Positions 8,511 through 16,663 of a DNA stretch of 32,000 nt are shown in pieces. The position numbers were made by a program, and so were the translations under genes. Source of the DNA: Staphylothermus hellenicus DSM 12710 (GTDB taxonomy: Archaea > Thermoproteota > Thermoprotei_A > Sulfolobales > Desulfurococcaceae); contig NC_014205.1 in assembly GCF_000092465.1 (NCBI RefSeq), positions 1,470,001 to 1,502,000 on the forward strand, given 5' to 3'. Below the pieces are notes generated by a model. The model was not told where the DNA came from and ran no database searches. It saw only the letters and a program-made list of their open reading frames with translations. The first letter of the stretch is position 1. Every line of letters starts with the position of its first letter.

Positions 8511-9068
8511 CTAAGCCGCACCGATCTTTCTTAGTTCCTCTGTTATCTCATTGATCTTCTCTTCTAAAACTCTTATTTCCTCGCTATTATCATATTCTAT
8601 TAGTTGTTCGCCATCATATGGGCATAGGAAATCGTTTTCAAAGGCTTCCTCAAACATATATCTTCTACCACATAATGGGCATTTTAGGAAAGTATTGTTT
8701 TTCTCATAGTTTAGCCTAATCAATAGTTTTTCCCTGGTTTTCTTTAATCTAGCAATAAGAATACCTTCTATTTGATCAGTATTCAGTATCCATAGATGCA
8801 GTGTTCTATCATTTACTCTGCCAGTTTTGTATCTTAGGATAGCTTCATTAGCTAGTTGTTGAAGTATTTTCCTTGCTTCATTAGATTTCATACCAATATC
8901 TTTTCCGAGAGTTTCCTCTGCTACTATTCCACCCGACCTTATTATGTGTAATAATACTTTTTTGGCTTTTTCACCATACATTTTCGCTACTAGGTCTATA
9001 AGTATGTCTAAATAATATTTTTCCCTGGAACTAATCTTTAGTTTCTTCCCCTTCTTTTTCTTCGGCAA
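8511..9068 (-). CDS. tfe: Transcription factor E (TFE alpha, TFIIE-alpha homologue)
   Basis: Winged-helix N-terminal half plus a Zn ribbon CPLCGRRYMFEEAFENDFLCPYDG, and the segment LNYEKNNTF shared with Sulfolobus TFE as I recall it. TTG start at 9068 with AGGTGA 6 nt upstream, inside the trm56 coding sequence. Confidence 0.8.
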   Translation of the reverse strand: MPKKKKGKKLKISSREKYYLDILIDLVAKMYGEKAKKVLLHIIRSGGIVAEETLGKDIGMKSNEARKILQQLANEAILRYKTGRVNDRTLHLWILNTDQIEGILIARLKKTREKLLIRLNYEKNNTFLKCPLCGRRYMFEEAFENDFLCPYDGEQLIEYDNSEEIRVLEEKINEITEELRKIGAA

Positions 9069-9591
9069 TCTTCTTCACCTTTTTACCTCTTGGTGACGGA
9101 ACTATTATTAATTTAGCGTTTGGGAAGGATAAATGTAGTTCTTTACCCATATAGAATCTATCGAGAAACACAGCTAAGGCAGCGACTTCTGAGTGTGGTT
9201 GATGACCTATAGCGACATTATAATCAGCTGCTTCGTAAAAGAAAGGTGGTACTTTCTCAGCACCTATAACTATGAGTATGTCTTTATTAAGACTCCTGAT
9301 CTCATCTATTACATCGTCAATGTGTAGGCCGTACATTGTTAAATGAACAACAATTCCTCCTCTACGTTTCCATTCCAATACGTATTTACGAGAATCAACT
9401 CCAGCTTCAATATTAAGGTTGCCTCCCCATCTATCTATAACTTTTCTTATGGATTCGATAACTTTTTCATCAACAAGGTCTCCGAGAATAAATCCGTGGG
9501 CGCCGAATGCTCTAGCAACTAGTCCTACATGGGTGGTAATTCGTTTATCTCTGCCGGGTCTGTGACCATATCTTAGAACGTAGATTTTCAA
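9031..9591 (-). CDS. trm56: tRNA (cytidine56-2'-O)-methyltransferase aTrm56 (SPOUT)
   Basis: N-terminus MKIYVLRYGHRPGRDKRITTHVGLVARAFGA, then VHLTMYGL, IVIGAEKVP and DYNVAIGHQPHSEVAALAVFLDR. These match the aTrm56 family as recalled from the Pyrococcus enzyme. TTG start with GAGGAG 8 nt upstream. Confidence 0.85.
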   Translation of the reverse strand: MKIYVLRYGHRPGRDKRITTHVGLVARAFGAHGFILGDLVDEKVIESIRKVIDRWGGNLNIEAGVDSRKYVLEWKRRGGIVVHLTMYGLHIDDVIDEIRSLNKDILIVIGAEKVPPFFYEAADYNVAIGHQPHSEVAALAVFLDRFYMGKELHLSFPNAKLIIVPSPRGKKVKKIAEEKEGEETKD

Positions 9592-10651
9592 TACTGTATC
9601 TCCTCATTATTTCTTTTAAAATGTTTAATAAGTATTTGGTGTTTTTACCATTAATCGCTGATATAGGTACTATAATGCTGTTTTCACCAACATATTTCTC
9701 AACAAGCCTCATTTTATCCTTTATTTCTTCATCGCTATTTAAAAGATCTATTTTGTTGAGAGCTATTATTATAGGTATTCCGTGAACCCCTATTCTCTCA
9801 AATATTCTCCTAGTTTCAACTATCTCCTTAATTATTGCTTCAATACTCTTTGATGCATCAATTACATGGATAATTATGTTTGAATCAATTATTTCCTCTA
9901 ATGTAGCATAGAACGCCTCTATTATTTCATGAGGTAGATCCCTGATAAAACCTACTGTATCAGTCAGTATCATTTTTAAACCATCAATAACTAATGCTGA
10001 TGATTTCGGAGATAATGTTGTAAATGGTTCCGGACCAATTGGTTTAAGGTTATGTGTTAATCTATTGAATAGAGTTGTTTTACCAGCACATGTATATCCT
10101 ATAATAGATATATGCGGATACCCCATTTGTCTTCTATGTTCCCTTCTCCTACTACGTATGCTTCGTAGTTTCTCTAGTTCTCTCCTAACCCTAGCTTCTC
10201 TTTCTCTCATCATTCTATAGTATTTTTCATAACCATACCTACCTGCTCCAAGGAATCCATGTAGTTCTCCTAGTTTTGCGTATCTAATAGTTTCTTTTAT
10301 CAATGGTAATTGATGTTTAAGCCTGGCTAATTCTATTTGTAGCTTGGCTTCTTTACTACCAGCATGCTGTGCGAATATTTCGAGAATTAATAGGATACGA
10401 TCAATTATTTCTTTCCGTGTCTCCCGCATCAAATTTATTATTTGAGAAGGCTTAACTCTATCCATCAATATAATTTTCTGCGAAGAAGAATTCTTCACTA
10501 TATCGATTTTATTAAGAGTTAAATAGTATTTGGGATTTGGTTTTCTAATCATTAATACTTCGTTTATTTCTGGATAAACTGTTTTGATTAGTGATAGTTC
10601 TTCATCTAGGAATTTCCTATATTTATATGGTATAACTACATCTACACTCAT
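9545..10651 (-). CDS. hflX: GTPase HflX
   Basis: HflX N-terminal domain (ILEIFAQHAGSKEAKLQIELARLKHQLP). G1 GYTCAGKTTL, G3 DTVGF, G4 NKID. Confidence 0.85.
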   Translation of the reverse strand: MSVDVVIPYKYRKFLDEELSLIKTVYPEINEVLMIRKPNPKYYLTLNKIDIVKNSSSQKIILMDRVKPSQIINLMRETRKEIIDRILLILEIFAQHAGSKEAKLQIELARLKHQLPLIKETIRYAKLGELHGFLGAGRYGYEKYYRMMREREARVRRELEKLRSIRSRRREHRRQMGYPHISIIGYTCAGKTTLFNRLTHNLKPIGPEPFTTLSPKSSALVIDGLKMILTDTVGFIRDLPHEIIEAFYATLEEIIDSNIIIHVIDASKSIEAIIKEIVETRRIFERIGVHGIPIIIALNKIDLLNSDEEIKDKMRLVEKYVGENSIIVPISAINGKNTKYLLNILKEIMRRYSIENLRSKIWSQTRQR

Positions 10652-10676
10652 ATCGAATATATCCCTTCATTATCAA

Positions 10677-11198
10677 CTATTTTTTCTTCTTAATCTTTAT
10701 GAAATCTCCGATAGTGTAGTAATCTTCTTCATTATCTGTGGAGGTGATAGGTTCTTCAACTATTGGTTCTAGAAGTGTTATCTTAAGTATTCTCTCAAGT
10801 CTTCTAGCGAGTTCTAAGCTGGGCTTTAATCTTCCTGCTTCAATTCTCTTAATAACATTTTCTTTTTCCCTAACCTTCTGAGCGAGAACAGCTTGTGTCC
10901 ATCCAAGTCTTTGACGAGCCCTCCTGATTCTTTCAGCATAATCTTCTACGATATCATATGATTCCTCTAATAGTCTTCTAGGTATTCTTGTCCTTACCCG
11001 TTGTATTCTAGATGTTTTCTTTACAGGTCTCTTTACCGGTTCAATTACTTCCTTCACTTTACCTTGTTTCATCAGCCTTCTATAGCATTGCGGACATACA
11101 CGGAGCACAGCATTGTCTACAACAACTGTCTTACACATCCTCTCATCTGGCACTTCTCTACCACATATTTCGCAGTAACACGGCAATATATTGCTCAC
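10677..11198 (-). CDS. mbf1: Archaeal multiprotein bridging factor 1 (Zn ribbon + HTH-XRE)
   Basis: N-terminal CxxC...CxxC (CYCEICGRE...CPQCY) plus a C-terminal cro/C1 HTH (RIRRARQRLGWTQAVLAQKVREKENVIKRIEAGRLKPSLELARRLERIL). Confidence 0.8.
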   Translation of the reverse strand: MSNILPCYCEICGREVPDERMCKTVVVDNAVLRVCPQCYRRLMKQGKVKEVIEPVKRPVKKTSRIQRVRTRIPRRLLEESYDIVEDYAERIRRARQRLGWTQAVLAQKVREKENVIKRIEAGRLKPSLELARRLERILKITLLEPIVEEPITSTDNEEDYYTIGDFIKIKKKK

Positions 11199-11289
11199 CT
11201 TACATATTTTAATAAAATCAAGATGCTATTAACTACTATGGTTTTTAGGGGTATTAATCTTAGATATACATAGTTGGAGATGAGAGGAT

Positions 11290-12498
11290 ATGAGTAGTGA
11301 TGCTAAAAAAGTTTTTAAAGCAGAAATTGATGAGGAGGAATATGTAAGGCTTCTTGAATCGAAAATTAGGTTCTTAGAGAGTGAACGCGATAAATTAATG
11401 ATGAAGATTAGATTCTATAAATCAGAAATAGAGAAGCTATTGTCTCCACCACTTATAGAAGCGATTGTTGTAAATGTTCTAAAGAATGGAAAAGTTGTTG
11501 TTAAAAGCAGTACTGGTCCAAACTTGGTGGTTAAGGTCTTAAGCAGTATACCTTTGGAAAAACTTAGGCCAGGACAACATGTTGCTTTAAACAATAGAGG
11601 CTCTACTATTGTTGACGTATTGCCTGAACACGAGGATCCCTATGTTAAATCCATGGAGGTAATTGATAGACCAAGTGTTACATTCGAGGATATTGGTGGA
11701 TTAAAAGAGCAGGTCAGAGAGTTGCGTGAAGTGGTTGAGCTACCACTTAAGAATCCAGAGCTCTTCGAAGAAATAGGTATTGAGCCTCCTAAGGGTGTAC
11801 TATTGTATGGCCCCCCTGGCTGTGGCAAAACTCTGCTCGCAAAAGCTGTTGCTCACGAATCTGGCGCAACATTTATTAGTATTGTGGGTAGCGAGCTTGT
11901 TCAAAAATTTATAGGTGAAGGAGCACGTATTGTGCGTGAAGTTTTCCAATATGCTCGTAAAAAAGCTCCTGCAATAGTGTTTATTGATGAAATAGATGCT
12001 ATAGCTGCTCGTAGACTAGATATAGGAACGAGTGGTGAAAGAGAGGTTCAGAGAACACTTATGCAGTTACTAGCCGAGATCGATGGTTTTAAGCCTCTAG
12101 ACAAAGTCAAGATCATAGCAGCAACTAATAGAATAGATATTTTAGACCCAGCGATTCTGAGGCCAGGGAGATTTGATAGATTAATAGAAGTCCCATTACC
12201 AGATCTAAACGGGAGATATGAGATATTCAAAGTCCATACGAGAAAAATGAAGCTGGGCAGAGACGTTGACCTATATGAGTTAGCGAGGCTAACTGAGGGT
12301 GCAACTGGTGCGGAGATAAAATCTATAGTTACAGAAGCTGGATATAACGCAATTAGAAACAATAGGAGACAGGTTATAAGGGAAGACTTCATTTACGCGA
12401 TCAAGAAGGTTATGAGCAAGAAGAAAATAAGAGATAAGAATGCAGAGTATTTAATGGATCGTTCGGAGAAAGATTATTCCCGATATATGCTTCAATAA
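11290..12498 (+). CDS. pan: Proteasome-activating nucleotidase (PAN, AAA+ ATPase)
   Basis: N-terminal coiled coil, OB region, Walker [14 protein letters not shown], Walker [10 protein letters not shown] and second region of homology [20 protein letters not shown]. Confidence 0.85.
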   Translation: MSSDAKKVFKAEIDEEEYVRLLESKIRFLESERDKLMMKIRFYKSEIEKLLSPPLIEAIVVNVLKNGKVVVKSSTGPNLVVKVLSSIPLEKLRPGQHVALNNRGSTIVDVLPEHEDPYVKSMEVIDRPSVTFEDIGGLKEQVRELREVVELPLKNPELFEEIGIEPPKGVLLYGPPGCGKTLLAKAVAHESGATFISIVGSELVQKFIGEGARIVREVFQYARKKAPAIVFIDEIDAIAARRLDIGTSGEREVQRTLMQLLAEIDGFKPLDKVKIIAATNRIDILDPAILRPGRFDRLIEVPLPDLNGRYEIFKVHTRKMKLGRDVDLYELARLTEGATGAEIKSIVTEAGYNAIRNNRRQVIREDFIYAIKKVMSKKKIRDKNAEYLMDRSEKDYSRYMLQ

Positions 12499-12571
12499 AA
12501 TTGCTTATAAAAGCTTGTAGAGCTTATTTTTATATCTTTATCTTCTCTACTACTTATCACGGTGTATTGTT

Positions 12572-13057
12572 TTGATAAAACGTAGACCCTCAGTTGAAGA
12601 GCTAGAAGAACTTAGAACAATTGCTGACCTGGAATTTAGAGGTGTCGGTAGACAACTAATACCTGATGATATAGTTTTAGTTATTAGTCCATCAACGATG
12701 AAAATTAGGTATCTCCTATTCAATAATGAAATATATTTATCCCTAAGAGCAGGAGATTATAGGTTTATATTACATGTTCCAGCAGGCAGAGTTTTGAACA
12801 AGATATTGCCGCACCCACATCTAAGAATCTATGTTAATAGTAGATATAGCGGGTTCATAGCTTCTGGAGGAAACGTATTCTGTAAACATGTAGTAATGGC
12901 TGATCCCAATATTAAGCCTGGAGACGAAGTATTAGTAGTTGATAGTGATTCGTATAAATTATTAGGTGTTGGAAGAGCTATTAAACCCGGATGGGAAATA
13001 ACATATTATAGATGGGGCGAAGCTGTTAGAATAAGAGAAGGTGTGTTGGAGGAGTAA
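12572..13057 (+). CDS. PUA-domain RNA-binding protein (pre-PUA + PUA)
   Basis: The C-terminal GGNVFCKHVVMADPNIKPGDEVLVVDSDSYKLLGVGRAIKPGWEI...GEAVRIREG is a typical PUA signature. TTG start. Confidence 0.6.
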   Translation: MIKRRPSVEELEELRTIADLEFRGVGRQLIPDDIVLVISPSTMKIRYLLFNNEIYLSLRAGDYRFILHVPAGRVLNKILPHPHLRIYVNSRYSGFIASGGNVFCKHVVMADPNIKPGDEVLVVDSDSYKLLGVGRAIKPGWEITYYRWGEAVRIREGVLEE

Positions 13058-13814
13058 AGCTTTGGTTAGAAGCATAGAATTATTTCTTCTAGAGAAAATT
13101 TCCAGAGAGGAACTGAAAGACTCAGTATTTATTACTGGTTATCAAGGGTTTGGAATGGTTGGTTATCTCACATCGCGTCACATATCATTAGAGCTAAAAC
13201 TTAGAAAGATAGGATTTATACGGACACGCTATTTTCCGGAGGCAACACTTTACAAGAAGGATCTAGGCTTAGTGTTTCCTTTCGAATTATACTATGGAAA
13301 AATCAATGATAAAAAACTACTTGTGCTTGTAAATCATGGAGTTCCTCATGTGAGAGAGAGGACAAGTTATGCAGAATTTATTGGGAGATGGTTGAAGGAA
13401 ATAGGTGTATCTAAAGTAATTCTTGTTGGAGGACTTGACCCAGCTATTAAGGAGAGAGAGGATGAAAAATATAGATGGATACCCTTGAGCGGGTACCAAG
13501 CAAAACTCGATGCCCCCATTCTAGAAGAGAAACATGTTATTGGACCACTAGCATTGACAATGATGTTTATAGAAGCACATCGTATACCTGGAGTAGCTAT
13601 TTTTGCTTATACGGAGCTTTACAGACCTGACCCCAGAGCCAGTGCTGTTGCAACAAGTGTTATTGCTGATATGCTTGGCTTAAAAATAGATACTAGTAAA
13701 TTATTAGAAGAAGCCAGCAAGATCGAGGCTGTTGAGGAAAAGAAGGAAGAATTAATGAAGGCTGTAGAGGGAGAAATTAAGCAGAGAAAGAGAGAACATC
13801 CAATGTATATGTAG
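13041..13814 (+). CDS. PAC2-family proteasome assembly chaperone homologue (PbaA/PbaB-like)
   Basis: N-terminal FITGYQGFGMVGYLTSRHI resembles the GFPGxGxVG motif of the PAC2/COG1938 family. The extreme C-terminus ...HPMYM fits a HbYX motif. The start is ambiguous (GTG 13041 or TTG 13062). Confidence 0.55.
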   Translation: MCWRSKALVRSIELFLLEKISREELKDSVFITGYQGFGMVGYLTSRHISLELKLRKIGFIRTRYFPEATLYKKDLGLVFPFELYYGKINDKKLLVLVNHGVPHVRERTSYAEFIGRWLKEIGVSKVILVGGLDPAIKEREDEKYRWIPLSGYQAKLDAPILEEKHVIGPLALTMMFIEAHRIPGVAIFAYTELYRPDPRASAVATSVIADMLGLKIDTSKLLEEASKIEAVEEKKEELMKAVEGEIKQRKREHPMYM

Positions 13815-15315
13815 ATACAAGGTTCTTATCTTTCAATAATTCATCAATAATATCATCATATGGTTTCACACCGGTTTTTATAAGCTGTATTTTTTCTGGA
13901 TTAGTCTCTAATATAATATTTTTTAGTTCATTTACAAGGTTCTCTATAACTTTCTCATCAATAACCCCGACTTCGTGCTGGAAAAACGGATAAGTATTTG
14001 AGAGTTGTGGTGGGAAAACTCCTAGGAAGGGGTGGAAGAACAGTATTTCATAGTCTTTGTATTGTTTCTTTATTCTTACATAGATCTCTTCCTGGTTAAA
14101 GGGTTTTTCAATTGCTGGTAGCAATAATATTTGTTTACCCCGGTATTTTTTGAGAATGTATTTTCTAGTATTTTCTTTTATAAAGGATAATCTTGGGTTC
14201 ATGAGTGAGTCTGGGTCGTTGAGCAGTAATGCTAATGTTGTTCCTTTTGTGGCTGGATTGTATTTCTTAATGTATTCTATGTATTTTTTAAGTATACTGA
14301 ATGCTTTTCTTAAGCTTGGATGGGCTTTGCTTTTATATTCTAGGTACTCCCATAGTCTACCTTCTTTTATAGCTTGTTTTGTATTGTTTAATTCTTTTTT
14401 TAACATGTATAGGTTATGTAGAGCTAATAATTCTATTCTTTTATATCTAGGCATTTCAATAAGTTCTTTAACACTATATCTTGAACAAACTGGGCAGTTG
14501 CATGGTAGGTACTGTAGTTCTTCCAGTCTCTTAGTCCCTGTTTCTGTCATGTATCTATTATCTCTAGCATACAATATGTAGCTTGCAGAATCGAATAAGT
14601 CAGCGCCTAGAGCAACTAGGAAAGGTATTATCATTGGGTGCCCGACTCCGAATACGTGGAGAGGCTTATGTGGCGGTAAATGTATTCTGGCAATAGCTGT
14701 TAATTCAACTATTTTTTCATAATCATATCTTTCTAGAAGAACTGTTGGAGAGCCTAGTGCATGTATATGGTATGGTAGTGTCCAAGCCTTTATTGAGGAG
14801 TATGTTAATAAGTCTTTGTAAGGTGAGCCTTGTATGGGTAGAACCCATAATTGATCAGAATCCATTATTAATGGTAATGCTTCAACAGCTCGTTTATATG
14901 TTTCAAACACTGCTTCTCGCGCTTCCCCCCAACTCATACGGGTTCCAGTTGGTATATCTAGTATTACTCCAATATCTACTCCGATGTTCTTCTCATATTC
15001 AACTATTGTCTTATTATCGATTTCTATATCACCATATACAAGTATTTGGTATCCTCCGGAATCAGTCATTATTATATGGTTCCATCCAAGTGCTTCATGT
15101 ATATTTTTTATTTCTCCCCTATTTCTTCTATAGAAGAGGTATGCATTAGTTATGAACGCGTTAAATCCTAGCTCATATAGTTTTTCAATGCTTGGTTGTT
15201 GACGAATAGGATTTACTACTGGAAAAAGATACGGGGTTTCAATTATTCCATGCCTGGTTTTTAAACGCGCTATTCTACCAGCTAAATCATAGTCTCTTGG
15301 ATCATAGTATTCCAA
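13777..15315 (-). CDS. tgtA: Archaeosine tRNA-guanine transglycosylase (ArcTGT), apparently lacking the C-terminal PUA domain
   Basis: N-terminus DLAGRIARLKTRHGIIETPYLFPVVNP, catalytic MTDSGGYQ, GVGHPM and Zn site CNCPVCSRY. The protein is 512 aa; I recall about 580 aa for the PUA-containing Pyrococcus enzyme. Confidence 0.85.
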   Translation of the reverse strand: MEYYDPRDYDLAGRIARLKTRHGIIETPYLFPVVNPIRQQPSIEKLYELGFNAFITNAYLFYRRNRGEIKNIHEALGWNHIIMTDSGGYQILVYGDIEIDNKTIVEYEKNIGVDIGVILDIPTGTRMSWGEAREAVFETYKRAVEALPLIMDSDQLWVLPIQGSPYKDLLTYSSIKAWTLPYHIHALGSPTVLLERYDYEKIVELTAIARIHLPPHKPLHVFGVGHPMIIPFLVALGADLFDSASYILYARDNRYMTETGTKRLEELQYLPCNCPVCSRYSVKELIEMPRYKRIELLALHNLYMLKKELNNTKQAIKEGRLWEYLEYKSKAHPSLRKAFSILKKYIEYIKKYNPATKGTTLALLLNDPDSLMNPRLSFIKENTRKYILKKYRGKQILLLPAIEKPFNQEEIYVRIKKQYKDYEILFFHPFLGVFPPQLSNTYPFFQHEVGVIDEKVIENLVNELKNIILETNPEKIQLIKTGVKPYDDIIDELLKDKNLVSTYTLDVLSFSA

Positions 15316-15321
15316 AACACT

Positions 15322-15780
15322 CTAACCCTGCAAAAGCTTCTTTCTCTCCTCGATATATCTCTGGAAGAACTCATATAGTGTTTGGGCAAGTGGCCCTGTC
15401 CCTTCCACTCCTTTCTCTGAAACTTTATATCTACCCTGTACAATTACTACTCTAGCTTCTGGTATAATTTTTACAAGATGTTCTGGAAGCCTCATCTCCC
15501 TAATAATGTATTCTCTGAAATCGTTTGGATCGAATAATGGTATCTCTGTGGTTAGGATCTCTGAGATTCTTTCTCCTTTAATAATCACTTTAGGGTATTT
15601 ACTCCCTTTATCATCTACCGCGTTCTCCAATAATATATTTAGAGATGGATGATCGAATCCTGCTAGTATTCCTTCATAAAATCTTCCATCAGCTAAGATA
15701 ACCTTTACTTTCTTATCTACTAAACCAGCTAATTCTGCAGCTAATCTTCTAGACGCATCTATTAAAGCCATTCCTATCAC
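15322..15780 (-). CDS. Sm-like (LSm) domain protein with C-terminal extension (SmAP3-like)
   Basis: Sm1-like LVDKKVKVILADGRFYEGILAGFDHPSLNILLENA and Sm2-like KVIIKGERISEI, followed by about 75 further residues. Confidence 0.6.
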   Translation of the reverse strand: MIGMALIDASRRLAAELAGLVDKKVKVILADGRFYEGILAGFDHPSLNILLENAVDDKGSKYPKVIIKGERISEILTTEIPLFDPNDFREYIIREMRLPEHLVKIIPEARVVIVQGRYKVSEKGVEGTGPLAQTLYEFFQRYIEERKKLLQG

Positions 15781-15866
15781 CTTTTAACTCGGAAATCATA
15801 TATCTAGTAAGAGATATATTGAAGTTTCTCTTCAATAAAGTGTTTGTTGGATAAAAGAATGGTTGA

Positions 15867-16229
15867 ATGGTGTATGAAATGGTTAGCTATGAATGTAAGG
15901 TTAAGAGTATAGAGCCCCTAAGATATATAGGAATGTATCGAGCGATTAGTGATTGTGACGGTGTAGAAATTACTCTGGAAATGAATGAGAAACTCATGAA
16001 GATAAGTGAAGGCGATAATCTAGTAATCAATATATCGACTAATAAGGAAGAATGTTTACAACATTATTTCTGCGGCAAAGGCCATGTTGTATCTATAACA
16101 AAACTTGATAATATCTATAGAGTGGTTGTATCCGTAGCTGGTATCTTGGCAGTATTAAAGATGAAACAACGACCGAGATCACCGTTCAAAGTAATGAATG
16201 AGCTCTATATTGGTGTTTCGAAAAAGTAA
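15867..16229 (+). CDS. rpo8: Probable RNA polymerase subunit Rpo8 (RpoG, Rpb8 homologue)
   Basis: 120 aa. The segments CKVKSIEP, FCGKGHVVSI, VVVSVAGILAVLK and MNELYIGVSKK line up with my recollection of Sulfolobus Rpo8 (CEINSIER, FCGHGYIVTEL, IISLFGLLVKI, MDHIYFCVKK). Confidence 0.5.
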   Translation: MVYEMVSYECKVKSIEPLRYIGMYRAISDCDGVEITLEMNEKLMKISEGDNLVINISTNKEECLQHYFCGKGHVVSITKLDNIYRVVVSVAGILAVLKMKQRPRSPFKVMNELYIGVSKK

Positions 16230-16292
16230 TGATTTATAAGTTTTTCAATATACACCACCTTAAAACAGGAACTTTATTTTCTAGGGTGGTAT

Positions 16293-16643
16293 ATGAAAAA
16301 CTACATTGTTAGATACATAAGATTGTATAGAGTAGTGGATGTTGAAGAAACGGAGATAGAAAAGGATCTAAAGAAGCTGGGAGAATTCATAAAGCAGAGA
16401 TCAAGTAATAAAAAAGACATAACATACATCACAATATCTTTCATTAAGAAAAACAATGTAGATGGACTAATCATTCTAAGAGGAAAAGATAAGGAAAAAA
16501 TAGATGTAGAAGCAGAGATCATAACTGATTACATTGAATCCAGCCTAAAAGCCTTGGCTGCAAAGAAAATAAAAGATCCAAGGAATATTGAATCAATACC
16601 TGTTCCAGGCCTTAGAAATTTTTTACTAGAAGAAGCGGTGTAG
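16293..16643 (+). CDS. Hypothetical protein (116 aa), upstream partner of the HerA-like ATPase
   Basis: Clean ORF with an ATG directly preceded by GGGTGGTAT. I recognise no motif. Its stop is 20 nt before the ATPase start. Confidence 0.5.
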   Translation: MKNYIVRYIRLYRVVDVEETEIEKDLKKLGEFIKQRSSNKKDITYITISFIKKNNVDGLIILRGKDKEKIDVEAEIITDYIESSLKALAAKKIKDPRNIESIPVPGLRNFLLEEAV

Positions 16644-16663
16644 GATTAATAATACCTAGTTTC

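Noticed and set aside
11001-11273. 90-aa and 66-aa plus-strand ORFs over the mbf1 gene
   Set aside because: They are antisense to aMBF1 (clear Zn ribbon + HTH). The low-complexity translations mark them as shadow ORFs.
14150-15149. Two plus-strand ORFs (143 and 134 aa) inside the ArcTGT gene
   Set aside because: They are antisense to a motif-rich TGT gene. The hydrophobic, low-complexity translations are typical of shadow ORFs in AT-rich DNA.
15798-15819. 8-bp inverted repeat ATATATCT-n6-AGATATAT between the Sm-like and Rpo8-like genes as a regulator site
   Set aside because: Each arm is itself a TATA-like sequence facing one of the two divergent genes. The simplest reading is two back-to-back TATA boxes.
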